64,000 nucleotides of DNA from the human T2T-CHM13v2.0 reference genome, Homo sapiens, in the NCBI RefSeq assembly GCF_009914755.1, contig NC_060934.1, one strand, 5' to 3'. The position numbers and the translations under genes are program-made. The notes beneath the pieces were generated by a model. The model did not search any database. It was not told where the DNA came from and saw nothing but the letters and a program-made list of their open reading frames with translations. Numbering within the stretch: position 1 is the stretch's first letter; every line of letters starts with the position of its first letter. Below are positions 29,531 to 44,509 of the stretch, in pieces.

Positions 29531-32500
29531 TCACAAAGTTATTTCCAGTAAACCATTCTTGTCTTCCCTCTCCTCCTCATAGAAAGTTGACTATCCTCAA
29601 ATCCTTTGCTTATCCATGACTATGGCTATTGACTGTGGATTTATCTTCTTCCATGCCAAGACTGTTTAAGTTTCTTTTCAGTTTTCTCGAGCCAGTGTGA
29701 AATGCTCTCAGACACACTCCAAAAACATATGGCATGATGAATCTTTATAGTTGGGAAAAAAGCCCTTAAAGATAAAGGGCTCTCTGTCAAATATAGATTT
29801 TGTGTGTAATACAAGAAATAGCTCTCTTTTCAGGTTTTCAAAGCTGTTTACTAATAATTTAATCTTCTCATATTGCTAAAATTAATTTTTTTCTAGCTTT
29901 ACTAGTACAAATCAGTGTTCAGGAAGTAGACAGCACTGTGTTTACATAAATTTGGACAATGAGATTGAAAAATAAAAGATCCGTAGTGTCTAAACATAAG
30001 ATCTCAAGCAGGGTCCATGATAGGAGCTACTGAAATGCGGTAGAGTTCTCAAATTATTTTCCCAAAGGCTTTCCTGTCACTATTCTTTTAACAAATACTA
30101 ACAACTAACATTTCTTGAGAATTTGACAATAACCATACTAAGAAATTTCATGTATTATTTAAGTTAATCATATTATCATTCTTGATATACTGTAATTACT
30201 CTTATTTACAATATTTTAAAGATAGACTTTCAGAGAAAGATTAAGAGATGCCTGAAAGTCAATGGCTTTATAAGTGGCTGGTTATCCTACCCAACTGTAT
30301 ATGATTGATGAACTTCACCACTGAATTAAACTTCTTTCACACTAGTAAAAATTGTGGAAGGGTAGATGATTAGTTATAATAATTTGGGAGACAGCAAAAA
30401 CAAAGAGAAAGAGTACTTCCAAACAGGACCAACTGAGAGCAGAGATGCATGCTATCAACAGTGATTTCAGCTCTTCAGCTATAGTCCTCACTTTGAGGAA
30501 GTTTATGGTAGGTGACTGAATAATAACATTTTTTTCCCAGTTTACAAATTATCACATCCATAGACCACGAGTGGCCATTTTGTGGCACCTCTTTTTATTT
30601 TTTCCCTTTTAAGTCACTTTTTTCAACCTAATTTTTCCTGGAGCACTGATGCTGAAGATCTCATGCTTTTTTTACGGTTCAAAGTACTTCTGTTTACCCT
30701 CCCTTGGCTCTTCCAATTTCTTCTTCTGTTTTCTCTCTCTCACCATGAGATACAATGTGTCATGAGACATGAAGTCATGAGAATGAAATAGGTTAAAAGA
30801 AATGATCTATTACATCTTAAGCCTTTCTTTAAAAAGAAACACAGCTCAAATTTTGGTTTTGTGGCTAGATGATATCTTGTGGGAATATTGTAGATCTTTC
30901 AACCTCCATTGAGTGTCATTTCTGACAAAACCTTGAGAGATAGGAGCTTCAATAATAAATCTTGTTACTCATTCCACAGCATCTGTTTCACTTTGTCAAA
31001 GGGGTGTTTCTATGGCTGAATCTAAGTCCAGATGCACAGCCAACTCAAGAAATATTGAATGTGGATCACCAGTTTATATTGAAAAAGCTCTCTTCATTGA
31101 ATTATTTTCTCACTTCTACTCTACTCTATCTAGATTCTTAAACTTATCTGAATAACTAGTGTCTGATACCTTTCTTTAAAACTGACTCCTTAAATTATGT
31201 AATAATTGTGAGAATTCTCTTCAATGTTTCCCTACATTTCCAACAATGCTGAGAAGAGAGTGCCCATAGGCAAGGGTAACCACAATCTCTTTTCACGCAA
31301 CCTACATCTCCTCCTTATGACTTTGAGGAAATTGCTGTACAAAAAATTTTATCTGAGCAATCTGGGCTCGGTATCAATCTTGTAGCAATAAAGATTTATT
31401 ACTAGGAAGCTTATTTATGTGTCTATACATCTGGAGTCTTTGTTTCATTACTGCCCACACAGAGCTGGAAATCTGTGGAGAATGGGAAAGGATCATCTTT
31501 ATTATAAACTCAGTTTCACCTATTTTCTACCCATCACCTTTTTTAGTATAATTTATGACCATCTGAACCCAGACCTAAAAAAGAAAGGTTTAATTTTAAT
31601 AAAGATGTGAAAACAGGTGAGTTATTGTTTGCAGTTTCAGTGTGAGACAAGATCTGGATAATGTGTCATTAAATGCATCATTATAAAAGCATATTATTCC
31701 TTCCAGAAGATAATCAGTTATGTCACTGTATCTGGTTTTATGTCCATTCAGGGTGAGTGGATTCTCCTTTTGACATGAAAATTTGGATTGTAGGGAAAGT
31801 AAAAAACAGAAAACAAAAAAAGAGGCTCACTGACTAGTTAATTAAAAAAAGAGAGAGACGCATCTGCTGTTTTCAAAGTAGCAATATGTGAAGTGATATC
31901 TATAAAAGGAATCATAAAACAGCCATTGCAAATTAAATGAATGATGTTTAGTTATTGAAAAATACATCTCTTTGCATATTTTTCCAATTTTCACCACGCT
32001 TTAATATCTCTAAATAAAACAAAGTGGAACACTTCAACTTTGGAAGCTTCATTATAAATATTAGTCTTAGCCTATTTTAACTTCCTTTCATAGATATCAG
32101 TTTCTTTGCTTAACTTAGAACTTTGCAAGGTCCCATTTATGGAGGTAAAACTTCAGACTCTGTTCTATAGATTAGCTAATTAAAGACAAAGAGGTTGCTT
32201 CTCTGCAAATGAGAAGGGAAAAAATGGGCAATCCTTTCCATTGTTCCTCAAACTTCTCTGCTGATGAGCCCTCACCCTGACTTCAACCACATCATGGCCA
32301 TTTTTTCATTTTTCAAGACTATGTTAGTTATGAATATCTTGTCTACAAGTGACAAAAACTAAACAAAATAGCTTAAGCTAAAAATCACAAAATATTATAA
32401 AATAGAAGACAGAATATATATGCAATACATAGTATGTGAGTGTGTGTGATACCTTTAGATGATACTTTCCTTGAGCAGAGAGCCTACACTACCATTTCTT

Positions 32501-33549
32501 TGTTAACAGTGTGACCAGGTTTGTAAAGCCAAAGTTGGCACGTACTGACACTACGGAAGTATATATGACAGTCTACTTGGTGCAGATACTTGAATTTTGC
32601 TCCTTTTGCATTTCTATGATAATTAGAACCATTGCTATTTTAAAAGTATCCTTTCAGCATTTCTTTCCTTACAATTAATAGAAATGTAAAAGTTTCTGTT
32701 TTCATTTTTAAATGTGTAAACCTAAAGTCATAGAGAAGTGTTTGGAAGGAAATTACATAAATACATGCAAGCAAGACAGCATATGGAAATTATTTCCATT
32801 AGTCTTGCCTATGATTTTGATATCTAAAAATCTCTGTGAGTTAACGTAAAGGAGCATGTTAGGTAGAGTCAACTCAGGCACCTGTCAAAGACCTCCAGGC
32901 AACTGACTAAAGGTTAATTTTTTTTTCCTTTTCTCTGAGTTGTGCTTATGGAAAAATGACCAGGCAAACCTTTTGGTAAAGAAATGGAAATAATAATGTT
33001 TGGTCCATCATTAAATATATTTGTCACAAAAAATAGTCCCATGTATTTTTTAAAATTATTTGTCTTCAAATTATTAACATAAGCTCATTTGTTTCTATAG
33101 TGCTTGTGCTTTCTATGCATGGATTGGTGAAGCTAAGTATTTTAGTGATTCGTATGAGTAAATGGAACATTTAAAGTCCTGGAAGTTCTATAGATTAAGT
33201 AGCACACAGAGAAAGGAGAGAATTAGAAGCTTCTTAATAAGAAAGTTTAAAGCACTTGAGCATCTAAGGAAAACATTTTGAAGATTAAATCCTGGATACG
33301 GAAACCTTATTATTAACAGGTTGCTGGAACTATTTTCATAGGGTGACTAAGATATGAAAGATTAGTTTTAATGAGCACTGTGAATGCATATGAGGAGAGT
33401 AAGAGGAGATCATTAAAAAACCTTAGCTAGAAGTAGGACTACATTTTTATAAGGGCTGTAAAATGACCCAGTCATTATGATTATTGTTGTGTTCCTATGA
33501 AGTTAAGTGTATCACATTGCAAAGGAGACTTGGCTTTTAAATTAAAAAA

Positions 33550-33750
33550 AAAAATCTGATGTTGAAAATTTGGTTTAATTACTTCCCAGCTTTGTAAAAT
33601 TGGTAAACCTCTCTCTATGCATCGTTTTTTTTTACAATGTATAAAACTAAGATTTTAGAAAGCTATCTTGCTTGATTGTCAGAGAGTTACATGAAATAAT
33701 GAATATAAAGCAGTAAGCACTGTGTCTAGCATATAGTGAGTTCTAAATAA
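33550..33750 (+). mobile_element. MIR SINE fragment
   Basis: aacctctctctatgcatcgttttt...atgaaataatgaatataaagcagtaagcactgtgtctagcatatagtgagttct. Confidence 0.65.
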
Positions 33751-33856
33751 ATGCGGTGATAATTTTCAAGATAATATTAGACATGATATCTTCAACATGG
33801 CCTCTCCTTCCAAAATTTTTCTGGGAAAATATAAATTTCATATATATATTTCCCCC

Positions 33857-33953
33857 CACCCTGGCTGGTCTTGAACTCCTGAACTCAAGCAATCCTTCCT
33901 CCTGGACCTCCTGAGTAGCTCTGACTATATATGCATACCACAACACTTGGCTT
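33857..33953 (-). mobile_element. FLAM/Alu monomer fragment
   Basis: ggctggtcttgaactcctgaactcaagcaatcct...cctgagtagct. Confidence 0.75.
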
Positions 33954-34274
33954 GAAACTTTCTAAAACTAAAAAAAATCAATGAGAATTTTATCAGGTTT
34001 TCTTAATTCGTTAAATGTTATGAAAAGCCTTCTAAATTCCACAAAAGTTTGTGGAACAAATTGTAATGAGGCACAAAATTCCAAGAGCAACTCATATTAG
34101 AATTTAAAGGAAGTAAGGAGACATATTAGAGACTTTGTACTTAAGGGACCCAGAGGTGGTTACTAGCACTCTTCACTCAAGACTTCCCAATCACTTCTGG
34201 AACTCCACCTCCCCAAGGGAACACAGAAAAATTCAACACGAGAGAAACAGCAAGGACAAGACAGAATTGCACCA

Positions 34275-34500
34275 TATGAAAGCCATAAAATAGTTTAGCC
34301 CCCTCTCAATCCTGACCAAAGAGTAAGGGGTAGCCTACAGGGCCTTATCCTTCCCCATAGCTTGGATAAACTGTAGATAGGTTTCTTCCTGACTGCAGGC
34401 CCCTTCCATTCATTTTCTAAAGCATTTACTTTAGAAAACTTGCAATTTTAATTTAAACTTTATGCAACACAGGGATGTCTTTCTCAAAGACCTGGGACCA
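34275..34500 (+). mobile_element. ERV1 LTR fragment (MER67-like)
   Basis: ttcttcctgactgcaggcccc...gcatttactttagaaaacttgcaatt...tctttctcaaagacctggga; similar to the reverse complement of 63670-63760. Confidence 0.6.
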
Positions 34501-36094
34501 GTGAAGGATTCACCTACTAATTAATTTAAAAATATTTCCGTTCTTACTAGACTCAGTCATTATGCTAGACATCCTAAAGCTCACCCTTATGGAGTTCCAG
34601 TCCAATGAACTTCATCAACTTTTAGGATCACAGAAAGGAATTTTAAGACACAAATATGACCCTCATCGCTGTATAGAAATGAAAGGTTTATAAATATTTT
34701 TGTATCCATTCTGTGGCAGGCATATAAGCTTCATGGGAAAAACTGTACCTGTTTCTTTTCATGGTCTAAGGAATTAATTTTACATAATAAATTGCCCATT
34801 ACACTATTCAGAGAATTATGACATAGAGGAATCATTTTTTAAGTACCATTTACCAAAAGGTCATGTGGTACATATAATGGGTGAATAAGGGAAGCTCTTC
34901 TAGAAAGTAAATACAAATAATAATAATACTAATAATAAAATAAAATACAAAAACAAAGATAATCTATCAAAGTCCTTTACAGAGTGAGACATTCTGGCCA
35001 GTCGCTAGGACTTGGTCCAGGTTGACCATCTGCTCATACTGAATTCTAATCCACTATCTATTTGACAATGTCTCTCCAAGCTCATCTTCATAGAATATCC
35101 TTTCTGAGTAATTTTCTCACCATAGGAGGTCCTGTTGCCCTGATTTCAATATATTCTAATCTTCCTTTTTTTGTGTTGGCAGTGTTACACCAGATAGAAA
35201 GCTAAATAATGAGGATTTGAAGTAAACCCAGGGGTCAAGCAAGAAGTCAAAAAGTTAATTAGACCACGCCCAAGTTACTATTCAGTAGCGCTGTTCAACC
35301 TAATTTTTAATATCGTTTTGATTTGCAATTTCTTCGGCATGTGTCAGTGGAAAATTGCCTGAGACAAGTAATGTTATATGAAATATAACCATGGCACAGC
35401 TGCAGAACTACCAAATCAGCCCTCTGGGTTTTTATTCTTTGGCTTAACTTGAAGTCCAAGCTAAAATGATTACACAAGTTCCTAAGTGGGAACTTGATGG
35501 TCTTTTATAAAGATAATGAGAAAGCAAGGTCCATATCTTCAAAAACTTGTTCTTTTCCTCTTACCACAATGTCTATTCCATCATCCCACCACATCTATCT
35601 TGAAAGCTCTGATAAACTACACTGTCAGAATGTCACATCTTACTCTTTGGCTTATCACAAATTCTCCCTAGGAAGTGAAACACATCAAGGAGAGTATGAT
35701 GACCTCAATAGGTTCCTTTCAATGCTTGAATACACACAATAAAGACAACCATTAAAAAAGAATATTGATGATGTGTGTGCATTCTTAAGAGTGATGGCCC
35801 TGTAGGAAAATGGAGAAATCCTGCAGTGAGCACTTGGATGTCATCAGACTTGAGAGAAACCCTTCAAATACACCGAAGTGCTGAGCCAAACATCAACACT
35901 AATAGAATGCTTGTAAAATGATGCCTGTTACCCAGACACAGTAAATGAAGCAAGAGAAAAAGCTGGAGATTTGTGGGTGGTTTTTAGTGAATGTGGGCAG
36001 GGTTAGAGAGGTACAAACTCACAGTGTTCTGTTGGTCAAATGGGCTGTGAAGTATAAATGAGATGATAAAACCATATAGTGTCTTTTGTTGTTT

Positions 36095-36630
36095 TTGTCT
36101 GCCCATCATTCGTCTTCACTTCTGATGGCAATAACCTTCTGATTTTACTTGTTGAACAACTACTTTTATACTCTCAAACCATATTAAGATGGGGAAGCCT
36201 TGGGTCTTTTTAGCTATAAAGATTGACATGTGGTTCAGGAATATTTAACTGGAGCATCACATCTCACTGACCACAGTATAAGACATGAAGAGAGTAAGGC
36301 CAAAGTGAGGAAAAGATACTCAATTTTATACCTTCTGTTGAAAATACTGAAAAGAGAACATACTTTTCCACTAGATTTAGAAATTAACAAAGTACAAACC
36401 TGTGGCCATGGGAGATTACCTGTGGTTGAGGGATTTGTTTTAGAATGAAGCCAACACACATACATAAACACACACAAAGCAAGTCTGAAAGATCAAGAGA
36501 GGCCAATACTAAAAAATTCATCTGAGTTCCTAGCCAGCTTTCCTCAGTTATTATTATATGTGAGCAAATAGTAATGCTTATTGTGTTTTGCTTGAAATTA
36601 GTTTGAGTTGTATTTCTGTTACTTGTACTC
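36095..36630 (+). mobile_element. Old MaLR LTR (MLT1K/L-like)
   Basis: gaatgaagccaacaca...gtttgagttgtatttctgttacttg terminus. Confidence 0.5.
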
Positions 36631-36694
36631 CTCAAAATAGTTGTGAAATATGCAAATCATTAAGCATCTGCCTTACTTAGTTTCTCTTAAAACA

Positions 36695-36900
36695 TAAAGC
36701 CTGACCAATAGGGTCTTGTATGTAGCTAATTTATTTCAGGAAATAATCCCAAGGAATGGGTGTGGGAACTGGATAGTAATGCAGTAACAGGGAAAGCCAG
36801 TCCAAGGTTATGTTATCAAGTTTACCACTACTTTGAAGCACTGGTAATCAATGCAGCTAGAGGCATTTTCAGGATTGCTCATCCAAGGAATGAATGAGAG
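36695..36900 (-). mobile_element. ERV-L LTR fragment (LTR16-like)
   Basis: agcctga...aatttatttcaggaaataatcccaaggaa...agggaaagccagtccaaggttatgttatcaag. Confidence 0.4.
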
Positions 36901-39900
36901 AGTAGCCACTGTTACACACACAATATACAGTGCGTGGCAGACACAGGATAATCACCACCAAACCTTTCTTTCAAAAATTTGAAAACAGGAGGGATACTCT
37001 TCAATGGTTCAAAGGATTCTGAACTCAAATGCCAGATTCAGTGGTAGAGCAGAAACTTAGCAGCAGGACTTAACTTGGCCATGATTTTTTTTGAATACCT
37101 TTCATTGGTAGGTTTATGTAATTTGCACATTCAACATTTCTGTTTTCATCTACTTTTCTTTAACTCATGGTTAAATACTGATTATAGTTATGCGGAGGTA
37201 TAGATTTCTTTCCTATTATTTCCACAAGATTAGCATAAGAAGGGTCAGTCAGTAAGTACATAAGCAAGCCCAGCTTCCTCTCCCGCCTCCATGTCACAGC
37301 CGTGATTGCACAGCCTATTACATGTGTGAAGCCTTAGTTCTTCAGGTGTTAATAGGAATCAGTGATTACAGACTAAAAGACAGAGTCTATGATTAACTAC
37401 GAATTTAATTTTTATTAGAACACTGGGAAATGAGTTCAGGCAAAGAGACTAATTCCAATCACTTGGCAATGCCTGCTGAGAATATTGTTTCACATGCATT
37501 TCTGAGGCCATGTGTGAAAATAAACTTCTTTAACGATGAATAAGAGAATAGAAAGGATTAGCAAACAAGCCCTCCCTTTGCCATTCCTGATAAAGGGGTG
37601 AAAGGGATATTGTCTCAGGGGATGAGAGGCGGAACCAATTATTCAGTGGCTCTCATCACAGATTGTCAAGAGTAACTGTAGGGTACCAATCCTGCATTCC
37701 CAGATTATACCTCCAGATTGTACATGTATAAATGTTCAGAAGTTTTCTGCCATCATCCTATATCTTGGCATAGGAGTTGCTCCAGAGCAAGAAGTGAAAA
37801 ATACAGGGCACAAGGCCTTCGGAAAGGCATTATCGAGTTACACCAGTGGAAAGCATAATGACATAAAGAAGTAGACAAGAGATATCCAGTAAAGATATTC
37901 TTCCACTGACTCTTTATGACACTAGACTGTAACAGCCTGTGCTGATGAATCAAAAAATTCCCTAGAGTTTTACCAATATGAGGAGTGGCATTCTTGCTGT
38001 GACATTTTAAGAATTATATTTTCTGGATCCACAGTCTAACCATTTATTAAAAATCAGATTTAATCTTTGAGCAGTAAATTATGTCATTTGAGCTTAGGGT
38101 ACAGCTGCTAGATGTGAATGTCAATGGAAATAAAAATTAACAGTGCAACATGCTAATAAAATAGAGAAATTTTATTTCCTAATAGCATTCCTCCTAAAAG
38201 TGCTAATAGCCTGACCCATATTTATTCTTACTTTCTGCAAAAGATGCTGTTTTCAATAAGTTTTTGGGAATAACACTGACCGTAATGAAGCAGAAAAAAA
38301 TGATGAATGTTAAGAAATTAAGGTGGTACATAATAAGCTATAAAATTGTACCTCTTTGTTGTCCATGCACTATTGGTGAGCTTGCACAGTTTTAGACCTC
38401 TTTAATTTATGATTAAATAGTTTTATATCTTTCAGCAACAGTGGATATAATTTCCTCATCTATCATGAGAATGGTTTAATACTTTCATTAATTCACACAT
38501 CATAAAGCACAGAGTAATTTTTATACCCACTCAAATCACTCATTGCTTCTGTTCCAGAAAAGAAAGCACTGTTTTCTGCTAATTTCAGAGTTAGACTTAA
38601 GGCCAGGATCTTCATGAGCAATCACAATTAGAAAGAGAAAACATAGAGACGGGCTTCTATTGCCACTATTTCTTTATAATCATGTTTTGGGATATTGTTC
38701 AGTTTTGGAACAAATCAGAAATGCAACACTGTAATACTGGCTGTGTGACAATGGAAGTCAGTAATGATGATCCTTGAGAACAGGGAGTTGTTTTCCTCAC
38801 TGAATTCATGAAAAATCCCTGGATGTCCATTACCTCTTTTTCAGTGGCAAAAACCTTTGATTTGCTGAGCACATGGGCTAGATTTGAAAGTAGCAGCTCA
38901 AGACAGAGGTGAATATGTTTGAGCCAATTCTCTAGAGAAGCCCTGAGTCTTATCATATTCCTTTCATCTAAGCAGCTTCTCTTCAGAAGGCTCTCTCTTT
39001 CCGCTTCAGAGATAACCACTCAAATTTGTATTCAAAACATACTGGCGAGAGGAAAGAGGCATTTATACTGTGGTAATAAAATCCTGAAGTGATACAGGCC
39101 CCAATAGAACTTTTCAATTATGGTGATTTTCTAAAATTGATGTTGTATAAATAAGAGCATGTCCTCTGAAGGAAAGGCCACTTGTGGGCTGATAGACTGA
39201 TCATAATATAAAAGCAGGCTCAGAAGATACTGTGCTAACAAAAAGCTTGATAATTTAGCCCCATTGAAAATTTTGAAAATGATGGATTTTACCTGTCTCA
39301 TGAAATTATATGGAATCTAACACCAAGATTGCAAGATTAAGAATTTAAGAATGAAGAAAGGAGATACATAACCTAATAAATGAAAATAACCTATGATATG
39401 AATGAAAAATATGCAGTATTCCTATCTGTCACCCATGTGTAAGACATCATTAATCTACTAAAAAACACTGTCAAGCAGAGTACTGAGAAAACCTCAAAAT
39501 TTTCTGCAACATAAACCTTCAGGCAGACATTCCTAACCTTTCAAAGAGAAACCTATACATAATCTCTGCTCTATCATCACGCCCAGTTTTATCTCACATA
39601 TACCCCAATACAATATGTCAGTGCAGTGGAGAATGTTAAAAGTGGGTTAAAAAAATACCCAGCACTTTTACAAACTACCCAGAACTGTCCTATCACTATT
39701 TCTAGAATACTTACTATTTCTCACTTTACCACATATTGCTGTGTATATATGCTATTTTATAATTTATATAATTCTTTTATATATACTAACTCTTGATCTT
39801 TATAATAACTATATGAAGTAAAGCAAGATAAACAGTATTATTATTAATGCAAGATTAAAAATTAAAAATGCAAAATCAGCAAACAAACCAATGAGCAAAA

Positions 39901-40232
39901 AATGAAGATTGAGTGATATATACGTATGCATATATATATATATATATATTTATGTTTGTGTGGGTGTATACATATATATATGCACATGCTTGAGACCAAT
40001 TACTATATAAAAAGCCAGCAGGTAAAATGAAGTTTAATACTAAGTTATTTTAAAGGTTTATCCCAAGAGCAATCTAAGAATTATTTGACTACAACTAGAA
40101 ACGGCCGTCTAGTTTTCCTAAGATCTTTCTTGGCTCCTATTTTTAACTGAAAGCTGCCCTATCTCATCCAGCAATTCTGCTCCCACATAAATAGCATCTC
40201 CAGATGCCAATTTTAGAGAAAAAGAAAGCTAA

Positions 40233-42632
40233 ATATATATATATATTTATATATATTATATATATTTATATATCATATATATATATTATATATAATATTT
40301 ATATATCATATATTTATATATATTATATATAATAAATATATAACATATATTCATATATATTATATATAATATTTATATATCATATATTTATATATATTAT
40401 ATATAATATTTATATATCATATATTTATATATATTATATATAATATTTATATATCATATATTTATATATATTATATATAATATTTATATATCATATATTT
40501 ATATATTATATATAATATTTATATATCATATATTTATATATTATATATAATATTTATATATCATATATTTCTATATATTACATATAATATTTATATATCA
40601 TATATTTATATATTATATATAATATTATATATCATATATTTATATATTATATATAATATTTATATATCATATATTTATATATTATATATAATATTTATAT
40701 ATCATATATTTATATATTATATATATTTGTATATTATATATATTTTTATATATTATATATAATATTGATATATAATATATAATATTTATATATTATATAT
40801 TATATATTTATATAATATATCTAATATTTATATATTATATATTATATATTTATATATATTATATATAATATTTATATATTATATATTATATATTTATATA
40901 TATTATATATAATATTTATATATTATATATTTATATATATTATATATATTTATATATCATATATTTATATATATTATATATATTTATATATCATATATTT
41001 ATATATATTATATATATTTATATATCATATATTTATATATAGTATATATATTTATATATCATATATTTATATATAGTATATATATTTATATATCATATAT
41101 TTATATATAGTATATATATTTATATATCATATATTTATATATAGTATATATATTTATATATCATATATTTATATATAGTATATATATTTATATATCATAT
41201 ATTTATATATAGTATATATATTTATATATCATATATTTATATATAGTATATATATTTATATATCATATATTTATATATAGTATATATATTTATATATCAT
41301 ATATTTATATATAGTATATATATTTATATATCATATATTTATATATAGTATATATATTTATATATCATATATTTATATATAGTATATATATTTATATATC
41401 ATATATTTATATATAGTATATATATTTATATATCATATATTTATATATAGTATATATATTTATATATCATATATTTATATATAGTATATATATTTATATA
41501 TTATATATTTATATATAGTATATATATTTATATATTATATATTTATATATAGTATATATATTTATATATTATATATTTATATATAGTATATATATTTATA
41601 TATTATATATTTATATATAGTATATATATTTATATATTATATATTTATATATAGTATATATATTTATATATTATATATTTATATATAGTATATATATTTA
41701 TATATTATATATTTATATATAGTATATATATTTATATATTATATATTTATATATAGTATATATATTTATATATTATATATTTATATATAGTATATATATT
41801 TATATATTATATATTTATATATAGTATATATATTTATATATTATATATTTATATATTATATATTTATATATAGTATATATATTTATATATTATATATTTA
41901 TATATAGTATATATATTTATATATCATATATTTATATATAGTATATATATTTATATATTATATATTTATATATAGTATATATATTTATATATTATATATT
42001 TATATATAGTATATATATTTATATATCATATATTTATATATAGTATATATATTTATATATCATATATTTATATATATTATATATATTTATATATTATATA
42101 TTTATATATATTATATATATTTATATATTATATATTTATATATATTATATATATATTACATATTATATATTTATATATATTATATATAATATTTATATAT
42201 TACATATTATATATTTATATATATTATATACAATATTTATATATTATATATTATATATTTATATATTATATATAATATTTATATATTATATATTATATAT
42301 TTATATTTTATATATAATATTTATATATTATATATTATATATTTATATTTTATATATAATATTTATATATATAATATATTCTATTTATATATAATATATT
42401 ATATATAACATATATAATATATTATATATCATATCATATATAATATATAATATATATAATATGATATATAATATATAATATATAATATTATATATTATAT
42501 ATTATATATTATATATTATATACATTATATATAATATTTATATATTATATATACTATTTATATATTTATTATATATAAAATATATATTATATATTATATA
42601 TAAATAGTATATATAATATTTATATATATATA
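40233..42632. repeat. 2.4 kb AT-rich minisatellite; core of about 29 copies of a 34 bp unit (41041-42045)
   Basis: Unit agtatatatatttatatat(c/t)atatatttatatat recurs at 41041, 41075, 41109...; flanked by related degenerate units. Confidence 0.97.
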
Positions 42633-44036
42633 ATGGGAAAAGAGATGCCCTTCTCATAATCTGGGACATTTTTTTCAATATGCTGAAACACAGGCAACTG
42701 ATTACTCTTTTAGCTGTCTATGTGACTGGCTATAAATATTAATGCAGGTAACTAGCTGACCTTGGTAAAACAACAGGAATAGTTTTTCCTTAATGATTAC
42801 CTGGATTGTATAGCATGGAATTGTGGAAAGCCATTAGTGGTGTCACTGCCACCCTAGTCTCAGGAAGGATCTGTGTTCAAAAATAATGGGTTGCATTCCA
42901 TCTTTACAGCTACAGCTTCATCCAGATTTATATATCTAAATTTTTTGAAAGAAGAAAGTAGCACTAAGTATTTTCCTTTAATCAGAAAAATTACTTCACA
43001 AGAAAAGGCATCCTTACGTAAATTGGAGCTTTTGAAAAACAACTAAGTGGAAGACCTTAAACCATTTAATTCTCAGGGTTATTATGCTCTAGTAATGAAG
43101 ACAATATTGGCACAAGGATAGGTGTATTAATCAAAGGAACGGAATGAGAGTTCAGAAATAGACCCACATATAGGTGGAAAATTGATATTTGATAGAGATT
43201 CCAAGGCAATTTAGTATACAATGAATACTTCCTATTTCAACAAATGGTTCTGGGATAATTGGATAGCTATATTAAAAACAAGCAAACACACAAATTTTGT
43301 CCATGACTTCACATTATATACAAAAATAACTTAAAATATATTAGATATGTAAATGTACAGACTATAATCATAAAGTTTCTAGAAAAATGCAGGAGATAAT
43401 CTTAGTGACCTCCAATTAGTTGAAGAATTTCTAATAGGAAATGAAAAGTGCAAGAGAAATATATAAATTTAGCTCAATCACAATTCAGAACTCTTGTTCT
43501 TCAAAAGATACTATTAAACAAATGAAAAGTCACAGAGTTGTAAAAACCTGTTTTTTAAAACAAATATCTGACAAAGGATACATATCTAAAATGAAAAGAA
43601 AATCTATAATTAAACAAATACCTAATAAAAATTGACAAAATACTTGAACAACAACTTAACTAAATAATGTATATGAATAGTAAACAAGCTCATAAAAAGA
43701 TTCTCAACATCATTACTCATCAAGAGAATACAAATTTAAGCCCTCATGAAATATCACTATACCTCCACTGTCAGGGCTAAGTTGAAAAAACTAACTATAC
43801 CAAGTGTTAGTGACACCATGGAGCAACTGGAACTCTCATGTACTAATGGTAGAAATTAAAATATTGCAACCATTTGAAAAGCAGTCATATAGTTTCTTAA
43901 AAAGCAAAACAAATTATCATTATATGACCCAGTTATTGCACTTTTAGCATTTACTTAAGAGAAACAAAAACATATGTTCACACAAAGCCTTTTATGTGAA
44001 TGTTCATAGTAACTTTATTTATAATAGCAACTAATA

Positions 44037-44342
44037 GGCCAGGCTTGGTGGCTCAGGCCTGTAATCCCAGCACTTAGAGAGGCTCAGGCGGGCGGATCAC
44101 CTGAGGTCAGGAGTTCAAGACCAACCTGGCAAACGCAGCAAAACCCCATCTCTACTAAAAATACAAAAATTAGCTGGGTGTGGTGGCTGGTGCCTGTAAT
44201 CCCAGCTACTCAGGAGACTGAGGCAGGAGAATCACATGAACATTTAAGGCAGAGGTTGCAGTGAGCCAAGATCATGCCACTGCACTCCAGCCTGGGCAAC
44301 AGAGCAGGACTCTGTCTCAAAAAACTAAATAAATAAATAAAT
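44037..44342 (+). mobile_element. AluSx-like SINE
   Basis: ggccaggcttggtggctc...ggatcacctgaggtcaggagttc...(TAAA)n tail. Confidence 0.93.
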
Positions 44343-44509
44343 ACCAACAAATATCCTTCAACAAAACATATATGAACAAATTGTGGTATATACAAGTAAC
44401 AATATGCTACACAATATTAAGAAGGAAAAAGATATTGACATATACAATGATGAATTTCAAAATAATTATGCTAAATGAAATAAGTCAAAGTGAGAGTGCA
44501 TACAAATTC

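Noticed and set aside
38760-38870. Box C atgatga with downstream ctga (snoRNA candidate)
   Set aside because: No terminal stem and no recognisable guide complementarity.
40233-42632. Identity with FRA16B/FRA10B repeats or a full PATRR palindrome
   Set aside because: Unit differs from the FRA16B 33-mer as I recall it; the core is direct tandem, not one large palindrome; locus cannot be determined.
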